Under the pieces are notes generated by a model. It saw only the letters and a program-made list of their open reading frames with translations, was not told the origin of the DNA and did not search any database. Of a stretch of DNA of 64,000 nucleotides, positions 36,155 through 44,766 are shown one piece after another. The translations under genes and the position numbers were made by a program. Where the stretch lies: positions 2,022,797-2,086,796 of the forward strand of contig OY762911.1 in assembly GCA_963666565.1 (NCBI GenBank). The letters are read 5' to 3'. Each line of letters begins with the position of its first letter. Positions within the stretch are counted from its first letter, which is position 1. This DNA is from Thermoanaerobaculia bacterium (GTDB lineage Bacteria; Acidobacteriota; Thermoanaerobaculia; Multivoradales; Multivoraceae).

Positions 36155-39100
36155 ATGACGACGCCCGAACAGGATCCGCGGATCCGCCTCGCCGAAGACG
36201 CCAGCCCGCTCCGGTTCGTGACGGCGGCGTCGCTCTTCGACGGGCACGACGCGGCGATCCACATCATGCGGCGCATGATCCAGGACCGCGGGGCCGAGGT
36301 GATCCACCTGGGCCACAACCGCGGCGTCGACGAGATCGTCCGCGCCGCGGTGCAGGAGGACGCCGACGCCATCGCGGTCAGTTCCTACCAGGGAGGCCAC
36401 ATCGAGTTCTTCCGCTACATGATCGACCGGCTGGCGGAGGAGGGCAGGGAAGACGTTCTCGTGTTCGGCGGCGGCGGCGGCACGATCACGCCGGAGGAGA
36501 TCGCGGAACTTGAGGCCTACGGCGTCGAGCGGATCTACCACCCCGACGACGGCCTGAAGATGGGTCTGCCGGCGATGATCGACGACGTCGTCGAGCGGGC
36601 GCACGCGAAGCGCCGGCCGGCGGCCGCCGAGCCGCGGTTCCGGGCGCGGATGGCGGCGGATCCCGGCGGCGACATCGAGCTCTCGGGGCTGTTGTCGGCG
36701 ATCGAGCGAGGCGCGCTGGACGAAGCCGAACTGCGCCGGCTACGCAAGGAGTGGCGCCTCGCCGGCGCCGGCGTGCCGGTCGTGGGCCTCACCGGCACCG
36801 GCGGCGCGGGCAAGAGCAGCGTCGCCGACGAACTGCTGAATCGCTTCCTCGATTCCATGCCGGAGGCCGCCTCTGAGATGCGGATCGCCCTGCTGGCGGT
36901 CGACCCGACCCGGCGGCGCACTGGCGGCGCGTTGCTCGGCGACCGCATCCGCATGAACAGCCTGCGCAGCGACCGCGCCTTCATGCGCTCGATGGCGACC
37001 CGCCGGCAGCACCGCGCCACCAGCGAGGTGCTGGGCGACGCGATCGCCCTGCTCAAGGCGTCCGGGTTCTCCATGGTCCTCGTGGAGACCGCCGGCATCG
37101 GCCAGAGCGACAGCGAGATCGTCGACCTGGTGGACCTCTCGATCTACGTGATGACCTCGGACTACGGCGCGGCCAGCCAGCTCGAGAAGATCGACATGCT
37201 CGACTTCGCCGACGTGATCGTGCTGAACAAGTTCGACCGGCGCGGCGGCCGGGACGCGCTGCGCGACATCCGCAAGCAGTGGCGTCGCAACCGCCTGGCC
37301 TTCCAGACCGCGGACGAGGACGTGCCGGTCTACCCGACGATCGCGAGCCAGTTCCAGGATCCCGGCGTCAACTGGATGTTCTGGAACGTCTGCCGGCTGC
37401 TGCAGGAGCGGCTCGACCTGGACGAGGAGGCGTGGACGCCGGAGATCGCACTGGACGAGCGCGAACCGAGCGCGGCGGCGCTGATCCCGGACAGCCGCAG
37501 CCGCTACCTCGCCGAGATCGCCGAGGCGAGCCGGGCCGCCGAGGCCGAGGCGGAGCGGCGCGCCGCCGCGGCGTCCAGGGCGCACGCCTGCTACCGGGCG
37601 CTGGCGGAACTCGACGACCCGGAGCTTCCCGAACCGCTCGCCGCGTACGCTGAGTCGGCGCTGGAGACGGCCCGCGGCGCCGGCGCCGAGTCGCCCGCTG
37701 GCGCAGGCGGGGAGACCGGCACGGGCGCGGCCGCCCGCGCCGCCACTCCCGACGTCGCCCGCGCCGCCGCGCCCTCCGGCACGGCCCCCGCCGCCGCTCT
37801 CGGCACGACCGCCGACGAGACCCTCTTGCGCCTGCGCCGGAGCTACCAGCAGGCGCTGGCGGAAGTGGGCGCCGGCGCGGCGGCACTCCTCCGCGCCTGG
37901 CCGGCCCGCGCCGCGGCCGCGCGTGCGGACCGGTACAGCTACCCGGTCCGCGGCCGCGAGGTCACCGGCGACAACTACGTCACGACGCTCAGCCACCTGC
38001 GGATGCCGAAGCTGGCCCTGCCCGAGTACTCGGACTGGGGCGACCTGCTGCGCTTCCTGCTGAAGCACAACCTGCCCGGCGCTTGGCCCTACACCGCCGG
38101 CGTTTACCCCTACCGTCGCCGCGGCGAGGAGCCGACGCGGATGTTCGCCGGCGAGGGGATCGCGGAGCGCACGAACCGACGGTTCCACTTCGTCTCGCGC
38201 GGCCAGCCCGCGAACCGCCTGTCCACCGCCTTCGACTCGGTCACCCTCTACGGCTCGGACCCCGGCGAGCGGCCCGACATCTGGGGCAAGGTCGGCAACT
38301 CGGGCGTCTCCATCGCCACGGTCGACGACATGAAGCGGCTTTACTCGGGCTTCGACCTGTGCGACCCCGCGACCTCCGTGTCGATGACGATCAACGGCCC
38401 GGCGCCGACCATCCTCGCCTTCTTCATGAACGCCGCCATCGACCAGCAGGTCGAACTGCACCTGCGCGAGACCGGCGGCTTGGAGCGGGCGCGGGCCGAG
38501 ATCGACCGGCTGTCAGGCGGCGACGTGCCGGTCTACCGCGGCGAACTGCCGGAGGAGAACGACGGCCTGGGACTGGCACTGCTTGGCATCTCGGGCGACC
38601 GGGTCGTCGAGCGCGAGGTCTACGAGCGCATCCGCGCCGACGCCCTGAGCCGGGTTCGGGGCACGGTGCAGGCCGACATCCTGAAGGAGGACCAAGCCCA
38701 GAACACATGCATCTTCTCGACCGAGTTCTCGTTGCGGACGATGGGCGACGTCCAGCAGTTCTTCATCGACGAGAACGTCCGCAACTACTACAGCGCCTCG
38801 GTCAGCGGCTACCACATCGCCGAAGCCGGCGCGAACCCGATCACGCAACTCGCGTTCACGCTCGCCAACGGCTTCACGATCGTCGAGTACTACCTCGCGC
38901 GCGGCATGGCGATCGACGACTTCGCTCCCAACCTGTCGTTCTTCTTCTCGAACGGGATGGACCCGGAGTACGCCGTGATCGGGCGGGTCGCCCGCCGCAT
39001 CTGGGCGCGCGCGATGCGCGAGCGCTACGGCGCCTCGGCGCGCAGCCAGATGCTCAAGTACCACATCCAGACCTCCGGCCGTTCGCTGCACGCGCAGGAG

Positions 39101-39760
39101 ATCCAGTTCAACGACATCCGCACCACGCTGCAGGCGCTCTACGGAATCCTCGACCGCTGCAACTCCCTGCACACGAACGCCTTCGACGAGGCGATCACGA
39201 CCCCGACCGAGCAGTCCGTCCGGCGCGCGCTGGCGATCCAGTTGATCATCAACCGCGAGTTCGGCCTCAACCGGAGCGAGAACCCCTGGCAGGGCTCGTT
39301 CGCCCTCGACCAGTTGACCGACGCCGTGGAGGAGGCCGTCTACCTGGAGTTCGAGCGCCTGTCCGAGCGGGGCGGCGTGCTGGCGGCGATGGACACGATG
39401 TACCAGCGCTCGAAGATCCAGGACGAGAGCATGGAGTACGAGGCGAAGAAGCACGACGGCAGCCTGCCGGTGGTCGGCGTCAACACCTTCCTCGCCGAGG
39501 GGCAGGAGCACGCCGAGACGGTCGAGGCGGAACTCATCCGCTCGACCGACGAGGAGAAGCGGCAGCAGATCGAGAGTCTGGCCTCCTTCCACCGCCGGCA
39601 CGCCGGCCACTCCGAGGCGTGTCTCGAACGCCTACAGGACGTCGCGCGGCGGCGGGGCAACGTCTTCGAGGAACTGATGGAGACGGTCAAGCACTGCTCG
39701 CTCGGCCAGATCTCGGACGCGCTCTACCGCGTCGGCGGCGAGTACCGGCGCAGCATGTAG
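36155..39760 (+). CDS. icmF: Fused isobutyryl-CoA mutase IcmF (B12-binding domain + MeaB-like GTPase + mutase catalytic domain)
   Basis: N-terminal B12-binding (DGHD), central G-protein (GLTGTGGAGKSS), C-terminal methylmalonyl-CoA-mutase-like barrel. Confidence 0.85.
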   Translation: MTTPEQDPRIRLAEDASPLRFVTAASLFDGHDAAIHIMRRMIQDRGAEVIHLGHNRGVDEIVRAAVQEDADAIAVSSYQGGHIEFFRYMIDRLAEEGREDVLVFGGGGGTITPEEIAELEAYGVERIYHPDDGLKMGLPAMIDDVVERAHAKRRPAAAEPRFRARMAADPGGDIELSGLLSAIERGALDEAELRRLRKEWRLAGAGVPVVGLTGTGGAGKSSVADELLNRFLDSMPEAASEMRIALLAVDPTRRRTGGALLGDRIRMNSLRSDRAFMRSMATRRQHRATSEVLGDAIALLKASGFSMVLVETAGIGQSDSEIVDLVDLSIYVMTSDYGAASQLEKIDMLDFADVIVLNKFDRRGGRDALRDIRKQWRRNRLAFQTADEDVPVYPTIASQFQDPGVNWMFWNVCRLLQERLDLDEEAWTPEIALDEREPSAAALIPDSRSRYLAEIAEASRAAEAEAERRAAAASRAHACYRALAELDDPELPEPLAAYAESALETARGAGAESPAGAGGETGTGAAARAATPDVARAAAPSGTAPAAALGTTADETLLRLRRSYQQALAEVGAGAAALLRAWPARAAAARADRYSYPVRGREVTGDNYVTTLSHLRMPKLALPEYSDWGDLLRFLLKHNLPGAWPYTAGVYPYRRRGEEPTRMFAGEGIAERTNRRFHFVSRGQPANRLSTAFDSVTLYGSDPGERPDIWGKVGNSGVSIATVDDMKRLYSGFDLCDPATSVSMTINGPAPTILAFFMNAAIDQQVELHLRETGGLERARAEIDRLSGGDVPVYRGELPEENDGLGLALLGISGDRVVEREVYERIRADALSRVRGTVQADILKEDQAQNTCIFSTEFSLRTMGDVQQFFIDENVRNYYSASVSGYHIAEAGANPITQLAFTLANGFTIVEYYLARGMAIDDFAPNLSFFFSNGMDPEYAVIGRVARRIWARAMRERYGASARSQMLKYHIQTSGRSLHAQEIQFNDIRTTLQALYGILDRCNSLHTNAFDEAITTPTEQSVRRALAIQLIINREFGLNRSENPWQGSFALDQLTDAVEEAVYLEFERLSERGGVLAAMDTMYQRSKIQDESMEYEAKKHDGSLPVVGVNTFLAEGQEHAETVEAELIRSTDEEKRQQIESLASFHRRHAGHSEACLERLQDVARRRGNVFEELMETVKHCSLGQISDALYRVGGEYRRSM

Positions 39761-39890
39761 CGCCGCCGACCGCCGCGCATGCCGGGTCCGTTGACGGCGA
39801 AGAACTGCGGCATATCTGCGCTCGCCAATGCTCAGGCCGAGCTACCAGTCATGCGCCAGGTTCCAGCCAGCTCCAGCGAGTCGTAGTCCT

Positions 39891-40877
39891 TCATCGCCTG
39901 GCCCGAAGCGGCCTGAAGAACAACTCCAGTTCGTTGACCTTCTCCTTGCGGGGCAACCTGAGTGTTCCACTGTCCAGGATACTCCCGGTGACCTCGATCG
40001 CGTAGACGCCGAACACATCGTCGTCTTCGACGTCGATGTCAACCACACTGATCAAGAGCGTGTCGCCTTCGTAGACCTTCACGAGCGTGCCGGACCGACG
40101 GAAGTTGTACCGGCCTGACTTCCTGGATCGCTCGGGTGTTCGCCCCCGGACAAGCCGCTCGACGCAGGCCAGTTCTAGCCTGTACCGTCCTGAGGCCGCG
40201 TTCAACATGGATTGCTGAATCGGTATCTCGTACCTTCGAGCCCTCTCGGCATCGGACAGCGGTGGGCTTGGCTTGCGCTTGCTGGCCTCATCCTTCGCTT
40301 CGAGCTCGGTGAGTTCCGTTTCGCGTAACGACACTTCGGCGGAGCTGAGTTGCAGCCTGCCTTCCGAGTACGCCTGCGTTTCGGACTTCAGTTGGTTCAT
40401 CCGCGTGCGCTCGCTCTCGGTTAGTGGCAGCTTCGGCTTTGACAGCTCGTCCTTCTGGACGAGTGCCGACAGCTCGGCCTGGAGGCGCTCCACCCTTGCG
40501 GCGATCTCCGCCAGACCGGTGCCGAGGTCGTCGACCAGCCCTTCCATCCTCAGGTCCTGGCGTTCCACGCGCACCTGGACGTCGGCCCCACTCAGGAAGT
40601 CCATCGCGCTTTGGCCTGAAACGCTGAGAGCGCCAACGCCCAGGCCATGGGCGCGGCTGGTTGGCAGGAGGTCGGAAGCCGACTCGCAAGAAGGCGGATC
40701 GAGCGGCACCGGCTCTTGTTGCAGAGACCAGGCTGGACCGCCAGCGAGAACTCCAAGACTGACCGCGATGAGGAACCGCGCCGGATCGACCGACCGCCAA
40801 GCTGCGACTGCCGGAGCGCCCCGGTGGCGGCTCCGCACCCGCTGTCGCGCACTCTCTTTCCCCATTCTGGCGGTCAC
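39891..40877 (-). CDS. Hypothetical coiled-coil protein with PL(S/T)(D/E)xExxR repeats and a conserved C-terminal VYEGD...FRP domain (paralog of 43199-44629)
   Basis: Lower-GC region; clear similarity to the downstream paralog in the coiled-coil, repeat and C-terminal roughly 65 aa regions. Confidence 0.5.
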   Translation of the reverse strand: MTARMGKESARQRVRSRHRGAPAVAAWRSVDPARFLIAVSLGVLAGGPAWSLQQEPVPLDPPSCESASDLLPTSRAHGLGVGALSVSGQSAMDFLSGADVQVRVERQDLRMEGLVDDLGTGLAEIAARVERLQAELSALVQKDELSKPKLPLTESERTRMNQLKSETQAYSEGRLQLSSAEVSLRETELTELEAKDEASKRKPSPPLSDAERARRYEIPIQQSMLNAASGRYRLELACVERLVRGRTPERSRKSGRYNFRRSGTLVKVYEGDTLLISVVDIDVEDDDVFGVYAIEVTGSILDSGTLRLPRKEKVNELELFFRPLRARR

Positions 40878-41035
40878 GACTCTTCTGTCTCCTCGGCCTT
40901 GAGCGGCGCCGAGATGCGGAGAACAGCGGCGCCGGTGTCGTCCGTTGTCTCAACCTCGCATCTGGTGGGCGTTGCATCGGCTGAGGCAAGGCTGATTGTC
41001 GATCCCATGGAGAGATCACTCTAACCTGAGAACGG

Positions 41036-41067
41036 GCTTGTAGTAGCGAGCAAGAACGTGTAGCTGG
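41036..41067 (-). promoter_or_regulatory. Conserved upstream motif CTTGTAGT-N14-ACGTGTAGC (copy 1)
   Basis: About 80 percent identical to 49099-49130; both lie about 150-200 bp upstream of minus-strand gene starts in the accessory cluster; coordinates approximate. Confidence 0.35.
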
Positions 41068-41158
41068 CCGATCGGCCTGGGTCGCTCAAGGGTCTCGTCC
41101 GGGATCGTGACCTTCCCCCGGCGAAGCTAGGGGAACGCGTGCGCGGGGAACGGGTCGC

Positions 41159-41503
41159 CTACTGGCACGGAAACGCCGTGATGTCCGACTTCGTGGTGGC
41201 GGTCGCGCCCTGCGGGTTGCCGTGCGTCCAGCGGCTGCCGTCGGGTCCCGTAATCCACAGGTTGAAGTCCAGGGTCGTCACCGGCGCCACGAACGCCCAG
41301 CGGTGGCCGTTGACTTGGCAACCGTCGAGCACCTTGACGAGAACCTCGGGGTTGTTGCGGCCGAAGAACCACAGAATGCCGGCCTCGCTGGACCAGGCTT
41401 CGGCCTTGACCGGGCCCGACTCGCCCTCTTGCGTGACGTAGCACATGCTGACCTCGAAGCCGCCGTCGAAGCGGAGGGCCACGGTCGTGGGCGTGCAGGT
41501 GCC
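41159..41503 (-). repeat. Dispersed about 340 bp repeat copy 1 (encodes the shared four-Cys domain)
   Basis: About 80 percent nucleotide identity to 44893-45231 and 48054-48392. Confidence 0.7.
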
Positions 41504-43060
41504 GACGGGATCCTCGGCCGGTCCGGAATCCGGGTCCGGGTCGGGGTCCGGATCCGGATCGGGCGAAGGCGTTCGCGGGCGTCTGTCGGCGAAACCGTCC
41601 TTGATCCAGTCGAACACCTTCGTGTTGGCCACGGTGCCGCGCACGTTCTCCGACGTGCGGCCGACCGCGTAGATCATCACGTCTTCGCCGGCGTGGGTCT
41701 CCAGGAACAGCGGGACCGTCGCCTCCTGCCGATATGCCGTGTGGCTGGTGCTCGTGGGAACGGCGCCGCCGCGGCCCGGCGTCCTGTCGCTGTTCGGATT
41801 GACCCGCGAACCGCTCCGGTGGCCCGGCCCGTTGGCGTAGCCCAGGATGGTGTAGGGAATGCCCCCCGAGTCGCCGCTCTCCGAGATCGTGCCGCCGCTG
41901 TCTATGTCGTGAACCGTTCCCAGGATGCCGTTGTGCGGCTGGTTGCGGAACGACGCGGGCACCGAGCGGGGGCTGTAGCGCAGGTCGCCGAGCGGCCGCA
42001 TCGGGTAGCCGGCGATCGTGAAGACGTGGCTGTGGTCCGCGGTCGCGAGGATCAGCGTCCTGTTGAGATTGACGCTCCGCTGCGCGGCGGCGATCGCTCG
42101 ATCGAACATCCGGGTGTCGGTGAAGGCGCGATAGGCGTTCCCCTCGTGGTGCGCGTGGTCGATCCGTCCCCCTTCGACCATCAGGAAGTACGGCTTTCCC
42201 GTGGCGGCGAGAATCTGGATCGCCTTCCTCGTCATCTCCTCCAGGCTCGGCTCGCCGCTGTCCCGGTCCGTTTCGTACTCCAGATGACTCGACGCGAACA
42301 GGCCGATCGCGCGGCCGGAACCGCCCAGCGAGTTGAGTCCCTGCCGGTTCCAGACGTAGCGGTAGCCCCGCTCTCGCAGTTCGTTTCGCAGATCGCGGCC
42401 GTCCGATCGGCTCCCTGGAAGTCCCTCGTCGTCCGATGCGGAAGTGGGAAGGAAGTGCCGTCGGCCGCCTCCGAAGACGACGTGGAGGCCCTGTCCGAGG
42501 CGGTCGTTGTATCCGCCGCCGCCCGGCGTCATCTGCCTGGCGATCTCGTTCTCCAGGTTGCGGTCGTTGACGTGCCCGAAAACGGCCGCCGGCGTCGCGT
42601 GGGTGACCCGCGTCGTCGTCACGATGCCCACTGCGTAGCCCATCGATATGGCCAGTTCGCCGATGTTGGTCAGCCTCGCGCTGTTGCCGTTGCCGTTGAA
42701 GTCCGCGTACTCGGTGGCCGGGCCGTAGCCGATCACGCCCGTGTTCGTGTTGACGCCGGTCATCATCGCCGACATCGTGGCGGCGCTGTCGGGGGTGATG
42801 TAGTCGGCCGACGCCGTGCGCGAGATGGCGGTGTAGGGCATGCGGTCGAGCGCCAGTTGCCCGTCGACGCCGACCGTCGCGATGCGGGTGGACGTGACGG
42901 TCGACACCCCCATGCCGTCGCCGACGAACAGGATGACGTTGTTCCTCTGCGCGGCCGCGGGCAGTGCCGCCGCCAGCAGGAGTGCGATGGTTGAGAGAGT
43001 GCTCAACGACGGGACGAGATTTCCGCGCACGCTTCCGATCTGCACGACACGACTCTTCAT
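41159..43060 (-). CDS. Alkaline phosphatase (PhoA family) fused via a (PD)n linker to a C-terminal roughly 114 aa four-cysteine domain
   Basis: Signal peptide; PhoA motifs (VGDGMG, TDSAATMSA, DHAHHEGN, ADHSH); linker PSPDPDPDPDPDPD; C-terminal domain shared with two neighbouring genes. Confidence 0.8.
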   Translation of the reverse strand: MKSRVVQIGSVRGNLVPSLSTLSTIALLLAAALPAAAQRNNVILFVGDGMGVSTVTSTRIATVGVDGQLALDRMPYTAISRTASADYITPDSAATMSAMMTGVNTNTGVIGYGPATEYADFNGNGNSARLTNIGELAISMGYAVGIVTTTRVTHATPAAVFGHVNDRNLENEIARQMTPGGGGYNDRLGQGLHVVFGGGRRHFLPTSASDDEGLPGSRSDGRDLRNELRERGYRYVWNRQGLNSLGGSGRAIGLFASSHLEYETDRDSGEPSLEEMTRKAIQILAATGKPYFLMVEGGRIDHAHHEGNAYRAFTDTRMFDRAIAAAQRSVNLNRTLILATADHSHVFTIAGYPMRPLGDLRYSPRSVPASFRNQPHNGILGTVHDIDSGGTISESGDSGGIPYTILGYANGPGHRSGSRVNPNSDRTPGRGGAVPTSTSHTAYRQEATVPLFLETHAGEDVMIYAVGRTSENVRGTVANTKVFDWIKDGFADRRPRTPSPDPDPDPDPDPDSGPAEDPVGTCTPTTVALRFDGGFEVSMCYVTQEGESGPVKAEAWSSEAGILWFFGRNNPEVLVKVLDGCQVNGHRWAFVAPVTTLDFNLWITGPDGSRWTHGNPQGATATTKSDITAFPCQ

Positions 43061-43198
43061 GGCCCAGACCCTCCTTCGTTGGTGCCCGGCCCCGGCAAGG
43101 GGCTTCATCGTCGGGATCGCGCCGCTCTTCAGCCGACCCGATGCCGACTCTTCCAACGATGGTAGTGGACTTGGCCTCAATCGGAGACTCGGCGGCCC

Positions 43199-44629
43199 CT
43201 ACCGAAGAGCGCCGGGCCGGAACTTCAACTCCACGTACTCCACGTCCGTCATGCGGGCGCGGAGAACTCCCTCTTCAAGCGTCCGACGATCGAGGACGAC
43301 CGTCGTCCTGCCGTAGAGGTCGTCGTACAAGACGTCCGCGTCCCAGACCTCGACGTCCAGTTCGTCTCCCTCGTAGACGGTGAGGATCTCGCGGTCGCCG
43401 AAGTTCACCACGGGACTCGACGTCTCCACCTTGCGCGTCCGAGCCGAGAGCAGGGCATCGAGCCGAGCCTGCTCCTCCTGCGCTTCGGCCCTCTCCTGCT
43501 GCAGGGTGCCGAGGTTCGCGGTCAGAGCCGTGAGGCGGACGGACTCCGACTCGGTCAGCGGGTCACCGGGAACGACTTCGCTTTCCGCCTTCCGCTCGGT
43601 CAGGTACTCAAGTTCGCGGCACATCGCGCACCGTGGGCAGGGATCCCGTTCGTCGAACGGGCTGCACGCCGCGCAGGCGGTCTCCGTGTAGACGGCGCAC
43701 GAGTGCGACACTTCGGCATCGAGTTCCCGCAGCCGTGCCAACTGGGTGTCGCTGAGAGGATCGCCGACAGCGACCTTGCTGGCCGTGTCCCTGGCCTCGA
43801 GTACTTCCAGTTCCGCCACGACCGCAGCTTGTTCCTCGGCCAACTCCGCCACCCTGCCGCCCAGCCAGTCCATAGCTCCCTGGATCTCGGGAACGTGCCG
43901 CCGGACCTGCACGAACGGATCGGGGTCCGAACTGGAGTCCTGGCGGTGCTTCCTGACGCGCATGACGCCGACGGAAAGGATGTACGGCGCCCGGCGATCC
44001 GGGCTGGCCACGCCCGGGCCACACGCCTTCTCTCCCTCGGTCGCGGGGTGCAGAGTCGAAGCGTGAACCCATCCGCGAGTGATGGGATCGTCGCCCAGAC
44101 GGGCCGAGGACGGTGCCGGATTCCGCGGCCCATGGTGTGCGGCATACAGCCAGCAGTTCCGCCTTTCGCGGACGTACACGAGTTGATCGTTGGAGGCTTG
44201 GAAGTCCATGGCGGCCGCGGCATGAGCCGGCGCTCGCCGGAAAGGCGCGCCCTCGCTCAGCATGCCGATGCGTAGCCATTCGTGGCGTTGTTTCAACTCC
44301 GCGGACAAGCCGCTGGTGTCCAGCACGCTTCGGCAGCCGGGCAACTCGTCCCGAGCGAACCGCAGATGGACACGCTCGCCGAGGAACTCAAGGACGCCCG
44401 AGGCTTCGCTCTCGCCCCGGGAAAGTGCTTCGGGATCGGACGACGCTTCGATCCGGAAACGTGGCGTCCGGCCTCGTCTCGTTTCCTCGCCAGCGAAGAA
44501 AAAGGAGCAGCCGAACTGCGGAAACGATGCCGAGCCGTTGCCGATCCGGAACTGCTCGTGGTAGCCCGTCAGCGAGCCGCTGGCCGGGTCGAAGGCGATC
44601 ACGGTGTCTCCGTCGTTACCCGGCACCAC
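43199..44629 (-). CDS. Hypothetical protein: N-terminal unknown domain, CxxC/CPRC zinc-ribbon-like motif, coiled coil, PL(S/T)(D/E) repeats, C-terminal VYEGD...FRP domain
   Basis: Paralog of 39891-40877; GTG start per the ORF track; no signal peptide evident. Confidence 0.5.
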   Translation of the reverse strand: MVPGNDGDTVIAFDPASGSLTGYHEQFRIGNGSASFPQFGCSFFFAGEETRRGRTPRFRIEASSDPEALSRGESEASGVLEFLGERVHLRFARDELPGCRSVLDTSGLSAELKQRHEWLRIGMLSEGAPFRRAPAHAAAAMDFQASNDQLVYVRERRNCWLYAAHHGPRNPAPSSARLGDDPITRGWVHASTLHPATEGEKACGPGVASPDRRAPYILSVGVMRVRKHRQDSSSDPDPFVQVRRHVPEIQGAMDWLGGRVAELAEEQAAVVAELEVLEARDTASKVAVGDPLSDTQLARLRELDAEVSHSCAVYTETACAACSPFDERDPCPRCAMCRELEYLTERKAESEVVPGDPLTESESVRLTALTANLGTLQQERAEAQEEQARLDALLSARTRKVETSSPVVNFGDREILTVYEGDELDVEVWDADVLYDDLYGRTTVVLDRRTLEEGVLRARMTDVEYVELKFRPGALR

Positions 44630-44766
44630 CTGCGCCCACGAGGGCGCCGCGAACGGCAGTGCCGAAGCGAAGAGGGCAAGGAACCCGCGCCAGACTGAAC
44701 GGCCGTACTCGGAGCCAGTGAACGTGCTTGACGGCCGCGGTCGGTCGTGGTGGTTGTCCGGGAGTA

